A stretch of DNA of 64,000 bases from Obrimoposthia wandeli (taxonomy: Eukaryota): contig CDROCS010000506.1 of NCBI GenBank assembly GCA_977020255.1, forward strand, positions 992,001 to 1,056,000, in the 5' to 3' direction. Both the position numbers and the translations under genes were made by a program. The notes beneath the pieces are model-generated. The model was given only the letters and a program-made list of their open reading frames with translations, made no database searches and was not told the origin of the DNA. Below, piece after piece: positions 63,510 to 64,000 of the stretch (its first letter is position 1; each line of letters opens with the position of its first letter).

Positions 63510-63689
63510 AAAGGCCGCTTTACTATGCTAAAAATAATTAAAAAATGTAATAATAGTTCGACTTAGTTCATATTTTTTACATAATTGACGTAATAAATAT
63601 TCAGTAAGGTTTATAATGCCGCTATAGATTCGCATTTATCTTAATCACTTTCATCATGCGCCCATTGCGGAGCTTGCCAGGAAAATATC

Positions 63690-64000
63690 ATGAGTATGCT
63701 CGAAAAAATTATCCAAAATTTAGAAATATTCAGTAAGTCTGAAAAAAAGGTTGCTGATGTTATTCTAGAATCTCCGCAATCTGCAATTCATTCAAGTATC
63801 GCGACACTGGCTAAAGTGGCTGATGTAAGTGAGCCGACAGTAAACCGTTTTTGCCGTCGTTTAGATACCAAAGGTTACCCTGATTTTAAATTGCATTTAG
63901 CGCAAAGCTTGGCGAACGGTACGCCGTACGTAAACAGAAATGTTGAAGCAAATGATGGCCCTGAAGTTTACACTCAGAAAATATTTGAAACGACAATCGC
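63690..64000 (+). CDS. hexR: RpiR-family regulator HexR, N-terminal part; runs off the window end and is missing from the ORF track
   Basis: MSMLEKIIQNLEIFSKSEKKVADVILESPQSAIHSSIATLAKVADVSEPTVNRFCRRLDTKGYPDFKLHLAQSLANGTPYV. Confidence 0.93.
   Translation, partial: MSMLEKIIQNLEIFSKSEKKVADVILESPQSAIHSSIATLAKVADVSEPTVNRFCRRLDTKGYPDFKLHLAQSLANGTPYVNRNVEANDGPEVYTQKIFETTI

Overview
A 64-kb, AT-rich, gene-dense segment of core chromosome from a marine gammaproteobacterium (Alteromonadales/Vibrionales-like; Moritella is my best guess, not verified). In order: partial cobQ, a DUF3108-like gene, tyrR, sapABCDF, ppiD-hupB-lon-clpX-clpP-tig, a caa3-type cytochrome c oxidase cluster interrupted by a DUF819-like gene and pyrC, sdaA, a wax ester synthase/DGAT, cysB, a sensor-less histidine kinase, cinA-bcr, then a polar flagellar region (maf-fliT-fliS-fliD-flaG, three short flagellins, flgB-L, cheR-cheV, flgA-M-N), a second sdaA and the start of hexR. 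I found no IS, prophage, CRISPR array, rRNA or tRNA. The main signal is non-coding. The structured ~105-nt 3' UTR of the sigma54-driven flagellin (45509-45616, minus) exposes a C-rich loop. That loop is complementary over 12 nt to the 5' UTR of the sigma28-driven flagellin, over 8 nt to the flgK RBS and over 6 nt to the flgJ RBS, which makes it a candidate 3'-UTR-derived flagellar sRNA. I also read seven correctly spaced sigma54 and three sigma28 promoters by eye, giving a finer flagellar promoter map than the Vibrio cholerae model. All motif calls were made by eye, without profile searches.
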